A stretch of 61,734 nt of DNA, filler included, from Squatina squatina (lineage: Eukaryota): assembly GCA_031763465.1 (NCBI GenBank). It is 4 parts of 3 records of this genome, joined end to end, with 100 filler letters (N's around TTAATTAATTAA, not from the genome) between each part and the next. Parts side by side here need not be neighbours in the genome. Positions count along the whole stretch, not along the records: positions 1 to 14,204 come from JARFOE010000168.1; 3 more parts are not named here. The stretch is one strand, 5' to 3'. A model generated the notes under the pieces. The model was not told the origin of the DNA. It did not search any database and worked only from the letters and a program-made list of their open reading frames with translations. Below, piece by piece: positions 1-11,870 of this stretch; position 1 is the stretch's first letter, and every line of letters begins with the position of its first letter. The translations under genes and the position numbers were made by a program.

Positions 1-356
1 ACTCAGGCAGCATGTAGACACAGGCTTAGGTTTATAAAAATGGGACACTCACTTACAGGATTACCAAGGGGGAACTTATAACTATTATGAAATAGTTAGA
101 TTTTTTCCTACTTTGGAGGGGGCAATTTTTGTTTGGTAAGGCTTTAGAAACGTACCAAGTGCTGGGAGAAGGCAGAAAAGGTGCAGCTCAACTTCAGTGG
201 AGGTAATGTGCAGCAAGTGTTTGGTGTGATAATGTGTGGGAGTTCTTTGAAAAACAAGTCAAGTCAGCCAGTGGCAGATGCTCACTACTGAACAGTAGTT
301 CAGCACCAATCACCCTGGCTATAAATTATTTCAATTGACATCAACGTTTTCCTTTT

Positions 357-468
357 ACTCAGTCTCAAAACTGAGTTTGAGTCCTACTCCAGAGACTCGA
401 GCACATAATTCAGGCACATTTGTCGTACAGTACTGGGGGAGTGTTGCACTGTCAGAGGTACTATCTTT
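357..468 (+). mobile_element. DeuSINE (SacSINE1/AmnSINE1-like) 5' fragment
   Basis: Sequence gagtcctactccagagactcgagcaca...cagtactgggggagtgttgcactgtcagaggtac matches the head of the full-length copy at 10901-11352. Confidence 0.8.
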
Positions 469-604
469 TAATGTCTCAGCTGAAAGATGGCACCTCTGAC
501 AGTGTAGCACTCCCTCAGTGCATACTGGAGTATTAGTTAGATTTCTGTGCTCAAGTCTCTGGAGTGGGACTTGAACCCACAACCTGCTGACTCCCACTGA
601 GCCT
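467..604 (-). mobile_element. DeuSINE 5' fragment, inverted relative to 357-468
   Basis: gaaagatggcacctctgacagtgtagcactccctcagt...gtgggacttgaacccacaacc is the reverse complement of the SINE head, including the tRNA B-box. Confidence 0.85.
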
Positions 605-1008
605 CGGGATATTCGGGAGAGCCGATATTTGGGAGTACGCACACATCAGTGTCTGATACTGATCCAAACGGTGCCTGAGAAACGAGGTCAGGCTGCACAT
701 GGGCAGGAACTCTCAGCTGCAATCTGTTCGGCTCATCCAGTTATAAAAAGGAGGCTTTATTCAGGTAGCAGCAAAACTCAATCCTACTTCCTAGGCTCGA
801 ATGTGAAAACAGTTGATACTGCATCTTAACAATGGGGCTTGCGGTCGTTACCCCTTAAATAAAGTAGACTGCAAATAGGGGAGGGGGTAGCGCAGTACTG
901 AACACAGTCTCCACCGTTAAGTGGGTACAGACAGACACATCAGTTTGTATTCAAAAAGCCAACAATAAGGATCTGTCTTGATGATACCAGTCTGTACCTT
1001 AGGATAGG

Positions 1009-1178
1009 TTGGGGATAAAATTGGACATGGACGGGAGACACTGAGCAAATGCGATATAAGCTCTGCCCCATATTCACTTCCATTGACTTCCATTGAGCTG
1101 AATATCAGGCATGCTGTGTAACTGTCAGCCAATGTGATTGTCTGTTTTGCATCGCCGCCCGCATCCAATTTCACGCTG
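1009..1178. mobile_element. MITE-like non-autonomous DNA transposon
   Basis: Imperfect terminal inverted repeats ggggataaaattgga ... tccaatttcacgct, the same end style as other GGG-initiated elements in the window. Confidence 0.4.
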
Positions 1179-3906
1179 TGGAATCGTTCTTTGCTGGTAA
1201 GTGTGCCCCTGAACTGCACCTGGCACTATTAGGGGAAACATGAGTGCGGAGGTCTCTGACCTTTATTTGCATGAAATTTAGAATGTTGCGCTCACACCAG
1301 AAAAGCTGTAGAGGCAGTTTGTGTGCAGTGCTCTTTAGGAGCAAAATTGGAGCAAGAGATTATTGCCCATTTTCGCTTTGCATTGCACCCACAATTCAGA
1401 CACTGTGTGGGAGCAGGACAGAGGGAAACTGTCCCTCATCTTTAGTGTGGTGACAGAGCAGAAGCTGCTTTGCTGTGTCTCAAAAGAAATAGTGCATTAA
1501 ATGCAACCTTTTGGATGCGTTGGTGATAGACACTGAATGTAATATTGGACATGGGCATCATGATGCAAGAGGTCAAAGTAGAAAAGATTATCACTTATTA
1601 AAGAATGCTTTCAACAGATCCCTCTGTCAATATGAGTCAATGTTGTAGTATCTTGTCTATTTCATTGTATTTGCTACGTTTAAGGGCCTGCTTATTCCTC
1701 CATTTGTTATGAAAGTAAACAATATATCACACGCCCTTTGCCCTTAATTATTATTACAGATTAACCAGGCTAGCACTCAAATAATATATTTTTTTTAAGT
1801 TTCTTTTGTCGATCAAAAGTTAACAGTTTACCAAGTTACCCCTCAATGAACGGTTCACTAATGAATTATCACCAGGAAACATAAAGTCCCTGCAATAAAA
1901 CTGGTGTGAAGTGTTCAAAAAATATTTCCAGAATAGTTTATCATTTGTAAAAATATAATTTGCTTGAGCAACAGTCAGAAATATAAGACTTGAGGTAATT
2001 TGTTCTGAAGCAGTGTATTAATGTACCATTAACTTAAATGGTCCAGCTGTGAAAAATTACTTGTTACTGTAATTTGAGGAGAAAAGGAAATTTGACCTCC
2101 GGGGGAGCCCCCTCTGAAATTAGTGGAACATTAGCAATTATCATTACCTTGAATGTTTTTTTTGCAAGAGATGTAGTTAAGTTATGTGAAGTAACTAGCA
2201 GCCAGGACATAGAGAACAAGTTAAACACAACAGAGGAAAGCAGCCATCAGAGAGAAGTTTAGGGAACTCCCACTAAACACCGTGTCTGAGACCTGCTGCT
2301 TCACTCACTCGCTTGGCAACTGCTTATTTTGTAGGTGGAGCATCCCTCAGTGTGGCTCCCCTGACAGTCTTTAAAGCATCTGTTCTTACAAACGACAGCA
2401 AAAGATGAAATGCAGTATATTTGTTGCAAAAAAAACATGCAGAGTTGGAAGAGGAAGCAGGGTCACGCCTTAATTAAGATAGTTGCAATGATGAATTTAG
2501 CATCACGAATATGAAAATTCAGAAGCTATATTTAAAATTTTATAAACATTTATCTTTAACGAGAAGTACAGTCGTTCAAAGGAAGCACACTTGCTGAAAA
2601 GTTTCGCATCACGTATTGTTGGTATCGGTGGGGTTTTTTTGTTCCAGAACAACTTTTTATCGAAGATGTTATTTTTCCTGTATTTTTCTGCATGGTAGCC
2701 CTTCAAGGTGCCATTTTATCCAAATTAACATTTATGGGGAACTATTACAACATAGTTTTGTAAATATGGTTTTATGGCAATCTTAATCAAGTAATTATGG
2801 ATTGAATAGTTAATTTTCAAAACCTGTCGACCTCGCCCTCCAATTCAATAACGTGCTGCTTTTTTAGCAAACTGAGAACGTTGCTGCCTTTACTGTAAGT
2901 ACTAATGGCAAGAAGTCATGTTAAATTGATAGAACATTTGACGTTAAAAGGAAATCCATTTCAGAGTGCTGTGTATTGTATTACGCACAGAGGCCCATGC
3001 ATGCACTAGTGCGCCAGTCAGACAAGTCATGAATCACTTTTACTTCCAATACCACACAGTGCATCTATGTAATTATTTATACAAAGACCATATGGGACCT
3101 GTACCGAAAATGGCTTTCCTCCCAGAGTTGGGCTTTATTAATCACAGTTGCTCGCTGTAACTTTGGGACCGTTTTTCCCTGTTAATNNNNNNNNNNNNNN
3201 NNNNNNNNNNNNNNNNNNNNNNNNNNNNNNNNNNNNNNNNNNNNNNNNNNNNNNNNNNNNNNNNNNNNNNNNNNNNNNNNNNNNNNTAGACTCTGTTGGC
3301 TGATTTTTCTGTTGTTATTTACTCTTTTCAATCTGGTGGCACTTCTTTGTGTTTGCTATCAATTCCTTCCATATCTTCTTCCTCTGGTTGTCACCTTTTC
3401 TTGGCACCTCCTTGGGTGTGGGATCCTTGACTCTGATCGTGGATCCTACAGTCTGGCATCATTTCACTCACTCTGCTCTCATCTGTTTACGACTGGCATC
3501 ACTTCCTTCAATGTGCTGGCACCTCCTTCACTCTGCAATCTTCTGGTTCACTCTGCATTCAGAGTCTGGACTGTTGCGTGCCTGCCTTGCCTCTGCAGGT
3601 AGCAGCTCACCTCTGCACTTGCGCCTTAAGTGCTGATTTAGCGCCTCCAGAATGCACCACTCCAAAAAACTTTAAAAAAAAAATAATTTCTCTATGTTAT
3701 AACGCCAGGCGCGATTAAGGTGCTAAAATTTGTTTCAATGCCTTTACAAAGATGCTACCGAATTTCACCCCCCATGATATTTTGAGCTATCTAATTCTGA
3801 TACGATTCCTGAATAGTCATTGAGGTGATCCGTCTTGCTATTCATTAACATTGAGCATCAACCTGACTACAACAGGACAACTGAAATATTAGAAACAAGA
3901 AACTAA

Positions 3907-4602
3907 GGGCGAAATTGCCTCCTCTTGCGATGCTCGTCAGCACCTCCAGGGGCACTAACAGGGCGCCCGGTGAGGGGGTGGGTGGGGGGCGGAGGGTTTA
4001 AAAAAGAAATGTTGCTCAAAAGTGTTTTTGTTTGATTTAATTAATAACCACTATGTGGCTAGTGAGTGGGCAACTTTACAGTATCTTGGAGCATGAGCAT
4101 GCTGCTTAATGATACTTCAGTTAGTTTCTGATCTCAACTGCACTAGTGTGGGGAGGTTGGAGTAGAAACCCCACTGCTCCAACCAGGAAGGACACCAACT
4201 GTCCATTCGTCATCTGTCACCGGGCCCAGGTTCACAGCTGATTTGGCTTTTGGCAGCTGCTGTCTGAAGGGACCTTTCCAGGTAAGTGTTTTTTTTTAAA
4301 CTTTGTGGGACCAGGCACCACAAGCAAGGTTTAGTCCTCCCTTGTCTCTACTTCAGACCTTCCTATTGCGAGACCGCCCCCAGCCGCTGAACCACCCTCC
4401 CCACACTTAGCTGGGTGCCGTCGGGCGACTAAGGGCCGCCCAATACTCCAGAGGCTGGCAGCCACTTCTTGCTCATTCCCATCTGGAAGCCAGCCCAGCG
4501 GTTACGATCGCCGCGGGTCTCGTGCTGCGGCAAGCAGCTGGGAAACTAATTGAAACCAGTGGCATTCCGCCAGCAGTGTGCCGGCAGTTAAAATCCCCAC
4601 CC
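3907..4602. mobile_element. Harbinger-like non-autonomous element(s)
   Basis: Starts TAA|GGGCGAAATTG and ends aaaatccccaccc|TCA; CpG-rich interior with an internal CAGGTAAGT. Confidence 0.45.
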
Positions 4603-4957
4603 TCAGAATTTGGAGGGAGAAACATTGCAGGAACATACAGTTGAATTTTTGTATTGCAGCAAAAGGGGTTCTCTCTCATTCTGCAGTGGGTTCTGGAAAT
4701 GTGCTGTTGAGCAAACAATAACATTAAATACTAAAAAAAAGAGCAACTGCATTGAGAGATCACCCTTGAGCAACCACTTGGAGGGCATTCCTGTAAACAA
4801 ACATTTTTCAAGTGTGGTTGTTTATTGCTGGTGCACTTCATCTAATCGATAAAGTAAATACAGCTGCCATAAGGTCTTTTTTGCTGCAGGGTGCCCAGAC
4901 AGACTCGAAATCACTTTACTGTCAACAGCTTCTCCTGAACTCCTAATTCTCCTGATT

Positions 4958-5032
4958 CTCCTAATCTGAGGAAAGACATTCTTGCCATCGAGGGAGTACA
5001 GAGAAGGTTCACCAGATTGATCCCTGGGATGG
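4958..5032 (+). mobile_element. CR1 LINE ORF2 fragment
   Basis: Translates SPNLRKDILAIEGVQRRFTRLIPGM, the typical CR1 post-RT motif; cut by a gap. Confidence 0.85.
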
Positions 5033-5838
5033 NNNNNNNNNNNNNNNNNNNNNNNNNNNNNNNNNNNNNNNNNNNNNNNNNNNNNNNNNNNNNNNNNNNN
5101 NNNNNNNNNNNNNNNNNNNNNNNNNNNNNNNNGACCTTTCTAGTGGGAGATGAGGAAAACACTTTGAAGTCTTTTTGAATTCCAATATTTTAGGTGATGA
5201 AAGTGTTGTACTAGTGTTGACTGCCAGTTCTGTTGCAAAATAAACACTTTTACTCTTTTGAAGTATAGCTGCCTCTGTTGAGGGGTAGCTTTTAATGTAA
5301 TGTCAGTTTTTTTGACAAATTCTAGAAAAGGCTAGACACTGGCACAGAACGTGACAATCTGGACTATCTTGGCTAATATCAAACGAGTATTTAGGATAGG
5401 ATGAGCCATCTTAAATGCCTGACATCTGCAAATCTAATCAGATTTCAATTTGCAGCAGTAGTTTGTGATGTCAAAACATCTGAGCACCTGTCTGCTAGGT
5501 AAACGTCACTGCTTACCTATAATAGCTAGATTAGCAGATGCTTCCTTTTTGACAACATCCTATCCGACCAAACAGGAAAAGCCAGCGGGAAGCCTAGGAG
5601 GTAGGCTTGTGAATTTGCAAGCGCCCTGTTTTACCAATTAACGATTCTACATACCTTAGTACTTTGAAGTTTTGATTTCGATCTTCATATTACTAATTTC
5701 CAAACAAACCATGAGGCGTTTTGGCTGGGGAACAAGTAACACATGTCACCTTTCCAGATAAGGTCCTCAGGAATGCGAAACCACGTCTCTTTTGATTGAA
5801 TCTTGAAAAGTTTATAATCAAAGAATCCTGTGTTACAG

Positions 5839-5976
5839 CTGGGAACCAATTGTGAAATACATTAATGAACAGTATGAGAAGTACCTGAGGGAAGAGATTA
5901 ATATCAACCGGAAAAAGCGGATTCCTGATTCTAGAGTACACTGTTGTGTATATTTTGTGCCTCCCACAGGACACTG
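5839..5976 (+). CDS. SEPTIN12: SEPT3-group septin internal exon, most like SEPTIN12
   Basis: Bounded by ttacag| and |gtatgt, 138 nt. Reads WEPIVKYINEQYEKYLREEININRKKRIPDSRVHCCVYFVPPTGH. The CCVYFVPPTGH stretch favours SEPTIN12 over SEPTIN3/9; paralog assignment is inference. Confidence 0.8.
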
Positions 5977-6159
5977 GTATGTACAATATAAAAATACATA
6001 AGAATGTGTTTTCACATCCTTGGAAGTCACAAGATATTTATAACGTTTACATCATCTAAATCCCTCAGTTGTACTCTCCAATCAAACATACTCAAGCACA
6101 TATTAGTTTTTAATTTAACTTAATTTTCATAGTATTTAGCATTAAAAAAAAATTATATC

Positions 6160-6430
6160 CTTTAAAGTAATTGGTGGAAGGGTTAGAGGAGAGTTGAGAG
6201 CTTTTTCATCCAGAGGGTGGTGGGGGTCGAGAACTGAAAGGGTGGTAGAGGCAAAAGCCCTCATCGCATTTGAAAAGTACTTGGATATGCACCTGAAGTG
6301 CCATAACCTACAGGGCTACGGATCAAGAGCTGGAAAGTGAAATTAAGCTGGAGAACTCTTTTTCAGCCGGGACAGACACATTGGGCCGAATGGCCTCCTG
6401 CCGTGCTGCAATTTTTTTATGATTCTATGA
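6160..6430 (+). mobile_element. CR1 LINE 3' end
   Basis: tttcatccagagggtggtgggg...gggccgaatggcctcct, ending in a tatgattctatga tail. Confidence 0.85.
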
Positions 6431-7042
6431 TAAACAGCAATATAATTTGACAAAAATTATTTACTTTCAGATGCATTTATTTGCAGTATTATTCTATACA
6501 TAATNNNNNNNNNNNNNNNNNNNNNNNNNNNNNNNNNNNNNNNNNNNNNNNNNNNNNNNNNNNNNNNNNNNNNNNNNNNNNNNNNNNNNNNNNNNNNNNN
6601 NNNNAGCTGAGAAAAAACTCGGGGAGGAAGACATATCAATTCAAGGAAGCAAGGTCTTTTCACAAATCGCAAGACTCAACTGATAAAAAGGGGGACCTTT
6701 GAGCACATGTGGGAGATCGACTCCAAAAAATAATGAAATTTATCAGAGTGGCAGAGTATTTTGATTTGACCAAGGGCGGAAGCAGGGATTGGTTTCAGAG
6801 GCACTAAAATTTTGGCACCAAGAAAGCTGAAGGCAGCTGATAAAAGTGACTGGTGGTACCTCCACAGTGTACTATAATTGGCTAGTTTCCCCACACTGAA
6901 TGGGAATGATGCAACAATCCAATTTGACAAACTTATATCCCCAACCCTTAGGTTTGTCCTGCACAGTTCTGAAGTACAGCCAAACCAAATGAAGGTGTAA
7001 TAATGTTAAAGCTACAGTCATACTCAAAATCTGAAGTGCTTA

Positions 7043-7186
<144 letters not shown>

Positions 7187-7589
7187 TCAGGCTCTTGATA
7201 ATGTTAAATCATGTGTATTACTCAATGCAAGGAATGAAATTCTTTATTGGTTCTGTTTATTGGCTCTGTTGGCATCTCCCAGACAATACTCTCTATAAAA
7301 TCTTGGCTTTTTTTTATTTATAAAGACAGCCTTCTCCCTCCCTCCCTCTCCATATGGCTCACTATCACAATCTCCTCCACCCAGTCTGCAATTGGGATTT
7401 TTTCACCATCATTTACTAATTATCAGATGCTTCAGGCAGCATTCCCTCCTCCTCTCTTTTTACATTTTATTTTCTCACTTTAAGCCTCTCTTAGCCATGA
7501 ATGGGTAGGTGGAACATGACTTGCTGCTCTTGTGTTAGTACTAATGGACTCCCTCCATGGATTAGGTAGTGAATGCACAGGGTGTGTGA

Positions 7590-7740
7590 AACTGAAACAT
7601 CTACACCAGGATGGTTTGAGATCTGTATTAAGCTGAGGCAATGGTGAGAGCCTCAATGCCCCATTGCAATGCAGGAAGGGAGAGAAATTAGCCAGAGCTC
7701 CTGCTCCTGATTGCTACCCAGTGACCCCTGTTGAAAAAAT
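7590..7740 (+). mobile_element. Old SINE-like repeat fragment
   Basis: agccagagctcctgctcctgattgctacccagtgacccctgttg resembles 54260-54300. Confidence 0.4.
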
Positions 7741-8215
7741 GCTTATTGTAAAGGATTAAGTGTGATTTTGTCCTGAGAATTTGAAAGATGCTTCATAAAT
7801 GCAGATTCTTTCTTTATAGTGTATTTATTGATGTTGCATGTACTAAATTTTGACTGCATATTTGGAAGAGACCACATATGGCGCCCAGATGCATCCCTAC
7901 ACAGAGGGAGAGAACATTTGGAATTCAACTTACCCCAAGCTGCTTTTGTACACCTCTTTCCCTGCCCCAATGTTGACTCATCCTGGGGTGCTGTTCAATG
8001 AATGTAATGGACCTGGTATATTGTTTAGACGGCATCCCTTCATGATCAATGAACATTGGTTAACTGACCACATGTGATCACTAAATAATGGTACAAAATG
8101 GAATCATTGANNNNNNNNNNNNNNNNNNNNNNNNNNNNNNNNNNNNNNNNNNNNNNNNNNNNNNNNNNNNNNNNNNNNNNNNNNNNNNNNNNNNNNNNNN
8201 NNNNNNNNNNAACGA

Positions 8216-8340
8216 GGGCCAATTCTGGGGACCAAGCCGATGCCTGAAAGACGCCTGACCTGATATTGGGTCGGTCTACTTTTCTCTGGTGGCCACCTAA
8301 AGCAGGCTTCAGGCCCCTTACCTATGTAAATCAATGCGTG
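8216..8340. mobile_element. Harbinger-like MITE fragment
   Basis: Starts gggccaattc; cacctaaagcaggc...ggccccttacctatgtaaat motif is shared with 20060-20110 and 57550-57610. Confidence 0.5.
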
Positions 8341-8951
8341 AGCCCAGAGAACAAGTGCAGGCAGTTTACTGGACCATGGACATCACAACTGAGCCAGTCC
8401 CTGTCCTCACCCAACGTAGGTACACTTTCCAACAAGTAAATGCAACATATCCATTTTAAGAGGAGGTTTCATTGTGTAGGTGAATAAAACATGAACTCCA
8501 GCAGGAAGCCAGCAGAATCCCTAGAGAAATGATGTAAACAGCGTGCCATTGATATTGTTTTTCTGGGGATTCCACTGGCTATGGTGGTGGATTGGGAAAA
8601 CCCCCACAGAATTTCAGGGCCTAAATCATAAAGGATTGTTTTGTTGAGTAAATACTAAATCTTTGGAGGCAGTAGTTTTCTTGTAAATATTTTGCAATGA
8701 TTCAGACATTACCATTGTGGAGACAGAGAAGTAAACGTGAGTCGGTCCACATAATATTACTTGAATGGAATTGATTTCCTCTCCACATTTGGAAGTTGAC
8801 ATTTTTTTGCTTCCGCATGTCTCTCCATAGTATCTTCCATTCTCAGACTGAGGGAGGAAATACCTTTGCTTCGGCTTCTACTGCTCTGAACTGGCCACTG
8901 GGAGAAGATGATTCACCTTCCGATTTCAAGGGGAGTGTCTCACTTCTAATT

Positions 8952-9050
8952 ATCATAGAATCATAGAATGGTTACAGCACAGAAGGAGGCCATTCGGCCC
9001 GTCGAGCTTGTGCCAGCTCTCTGCAAGAGCACCTCAGCTAGTCTCACTTC
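8952..9050 (-). mobile_element. CR1 3' tail
   Basis: atcatagaatcatagaat followed by cacagaaggaggccattcggccc. Confidence 0.85.
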
Positions 9051-9188
9051 ATGATTAGTCCTGACAGAGATTGGGAACTCGCTGATCGGGGAAAAGCTTA
9101 AGAGAGAATCTGCATGTTACCAATCAGTCAATGCACTGACCTGAGCTAGTAAACGGGATTCAGTTTTTTTCAAATTGCTGTCACTTAC

Positions 9189-9338
9189 CTTTTGCAGCGC
9201 CGAAGACCTCTGGAATTTGGCAGAGCTTCCGGAAGCTTCTTGCACTCGGCGCAGAATTTGAATGTGTCCTCCATCTTCTGAAACATCTCCTGGTAAGTAT
9301 GGATTCCAAAATCCGATGCATGTTTCCTTCCCTCCAAA
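9189..9338 (-). CDS. MSS51: MSS51 (ZMYND17) exon, start of the MYND zinc finger; 5' part lost in gap
   Basis: Minus frame LEGRKHASDFGIHTYQEMFQKMEDTFKFCAECKKLPEALPNSRGLRRCK(R) ends at aag|gtaagt. It resembles vertebrate MSS51 QEMFQxMEDTFRFCxxC...LRHCKR. Not in the ORF track. Confidence 0.85.
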
Positions 9339-9472
9339 NNNNNNNNNNNNNNNNNNNNNNNNNNNNNNNNNNNNNNNNNNNNNNNNNNNNNNNNNNNNNN
9401 NNNNNNNNNNNNNNNNNNNNNNNNNNNNNNNNNNNNNNTTATCTAACTTTTTTTCTTATTTAAATCAATCTA

Positions 9473-9780
9473 TCTTTCGGATGAGACATTAAACTGAGGC
9501 CCCGTCTGCTCCCTCAAGTGGGTGTAAAAGATCCGATAGCACTATTTCAAAGAAGAGCAGGGGAGTTGTCTCCAGTGTCCTGTCCAATATTTATCTCTCA
9601 ATCAACATAACAAAAACAGATCATCTGGTTTTCACATTGCGGTTTCTGGGAGCTTGCTGTGCACAAACTGGCTGCTGCGTTTCCCAAATTATAACAGTGA
9701 CTACACTTCAAAAGTACTTCATTGGCTCTAAAGCACTTTGGGAGGTCCTGAAAGGCGCTATAGAAATGTAAGTCTTTTTT
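9473..9780 (+). mobile_element. DeuSINE, Deu domain and 3' tail
   Basis: tctttcggatgagacattaaactgaggccccgtctg...aaaggcgctatagaaatgtaagtcttt. Confidence 0.9.
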
Positions 9781-10287
9781 GTTCGCTACTAAATATGGTT
9801 AACACAGGTTCCTCCACCATGTGAAGGATAACTTTTCAAAATTTTATTCATGAAAACATCGGGTTATTTGGTAACAAGTTACGGAAAAGTGGAATTTGAA
9901 AAACATAGTTGCCGAATTGAAACTATAAAACATATACACATAATACGGGGATAAAATTACAAGTGCTGTGGAACCTCCATTACCCATTATGTAGAAGACC
10001 AACCCGGTTAGTAATGAAATTGGCAGATAAGTAAAAGCCCCCATAATTTGGTCTCACCATATATGGCAAGGCATGGGAATAAAAATAAATACAATACAAA
10101 CTAATAAATTCATTTCATCTTTCATGGGCTGTGGAGTTGATTTATGATTATGATTGACAGGAGGAGATTGATAACAGGTTTGCAAATGAAGCAGTGATTC
10201 ATGCAAAAAATCATCAAATAATCAGGAAGGAGATTCCACTGCAATTCAAACAATACTCCTCTATCCAAAATAATTTTAAAAAGTCAC

Positions 10288-10480
10288 CTGTAATAATTCC
10301 AGTACAATAACAGGTTGCAGCACTGCATTGTAGTAACTTAATAATTTCTGTTCTGTGATCCCAGGTTTTGCCATAATATGGTACAGCACAGCTTCTATCA
10401 TTCCTTTACACACAGGTTTATTCAGGCTCCCATCAACAATCCTCCAGGGATGGCAGACAAAACTAATCTGTTCGTAGTCA
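10288..10480 (-). CDS. GTF3C1: GTF3C1 (TFIIIC220) C-terminal-region exon
   Basis: Bounded by cttag| and CAG|gtgact, 193 nt. Reads [64 protein letters not shown], matching GTF3C1 PWRVVDGxLNxPVCKGM. Confidence 0.92.
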
Positions 10481-10900
10481 CTAAGATTCAACCAGAAAAG
10501 CAGTTACTTCATAAAACCGCCATGACTATTGTGGTCTAAGGAAATGTAACTTTTGCACTTCAAAGATTATTAGTGCAAATCAGACTGATCACAGCTTGTG
10601 CTTGTCTTGGCTTACCAGAAATAAAAGGAAAGTATTGGGGCTGAGTTGGTACACCGTACTCTCACTTCCAGGGGCAGAATCTAAACCAAGCTCTGACAGA
10701 TCTGATGAAAGTTTCCTAGACTCTCCCCTCTTTGGGAGAAGTAAAGGTCCCAGGTGACATGTCTGAGCAGTTTCAGTTCTGCTGGTGATAGACATGGATC
10801 CACAACACAAAGCTGCCTATAATTAAGTTTTAAATGGGAATTTTACTTGGGGAGGGCACAAGGGAAATGGCTGTGGAAAATATGACATTGGTGTAATAGT

Positions 10901-11352
10901 GTCAGCATGGCTCAATTGCGAGTACTCTCGGCTCTGAGTCACAAGGCTGTGGGTTCAGGTCCCACTTCAGAGATTTGAGTACAAAAATTTAGGCGAACAC
11001 ACTAGTGCCATACCGAGGGAGTGCCACAGTGTCAGAGGTGCCGTCTTTCGGATAAGACGTTAAACTGAGGGCCCGTCTGCTCCCGCAGGTGGACGTAAAA
11101 GATCCCATGGCACTATTTCAAAGAGCAGGGGAGTTATCCCTGGTGTCCTGACCAATATTTATCCCTCAATCGATTTGGCAAAAACAGATTATCTGGTCAT
11201 TATCACATTGCTGTTTATGGGAGCTTGCAAGTTAGCCGCCGCATTTCCCACATTACAACAGTGACTGCACTTCAAAAGTACTTCATTGGCTGTAAAGCAC
11301 TTTGGGATGTCTGGTCATGCAAGGTGCTATATAAATGCAAGTCTTTCTTTCT
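10901..11352 (+). mobile_element. Full-length DeuSINE (SacSINE1-like)
   Basis: tRNA-like head (tggctcaat...gggttcaggtccc), central gtaaaagatcccatggcactatttc domain, and tail ataaatgcaagtctttcttt. Confidence 0.92.
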
Positions 11353-11724
11353 ACGGGGAAGATGCAAAAAGGCCATTTTAAGAAAAGGAGTTTTACCCTC
11401 AATAGTGGGGTGGAAAACACTGCAGTCACGCTGACTATCTCGCATGCATGGCTTTGGCCTGTGTTGACAGCCTGAGCGATAAGGGAGTAAACTTTTTTGC
11501 AGAATGTAACATTTGTGTTGATTTAGGTTGATTTGCAGAATGACTTAATTTTGTGGGATTGAGAAATGGGTTCTTGCAAACTGCTTGTTTCTCTTGGGGA
11601 GTTTGTCGACCCCCCCAGACTGAGCGAGAATACGTTGATAACATGAAAAATTCTAATGTATCGTAACTTTTTATTTGTGTAATTGTGTTTTTTTTTTTCT
11701 CTTTCCTCCCTATCCCTCCCCCAG

Positions 11725-11870
11725 ATCTACATGACATCAGCTTAGTGGATGATATCGAGTCTCCAGCCATTTCACTGAACTCCCGCCCTTCCAGCATGGG
11801 CCCTGCAGCAGAAGCAGCCTTGCCCTCCGAGGATTACACTACTAAACAGATCATGCAACTTCTCGAAGAA
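11725..11870 (+). CDS. Unidentified exon-like segment, antisense to GTF3C1
   Basis: Long polypyrimidine tract plus cag acceptor; open frame DLHDISLVDDIESPAISLNSRPSSMGPAAEAALPSEDYTTKQIMQLLEE runs to the gap. No recognised family. Confidence 0.35.

Noticed and set aside
2074-2410. Short ORFs following possible acceptors at about 2169 and 2334
   Set aside because: No recognisable homology or donor sites; cannot be supported.
3312-3636. Two overlapping hydrophobic ORFs
   Set aside because: Explained by pyrimidine-rich low-complexity sequence; no family motif.
10589-10810. Possible extra GTF3C1 exon ending at CTG|gtaagc (10616)
   Set aside because: Its long open frame ends in phase 0, incompatible with the phase-2 start of the exon at 10480, and there is no recognisable homology.
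10901-10970. tRNA gene
   Set aside because: It is the tRNA-derived head of a DeuSINE and continues into the SINE body.
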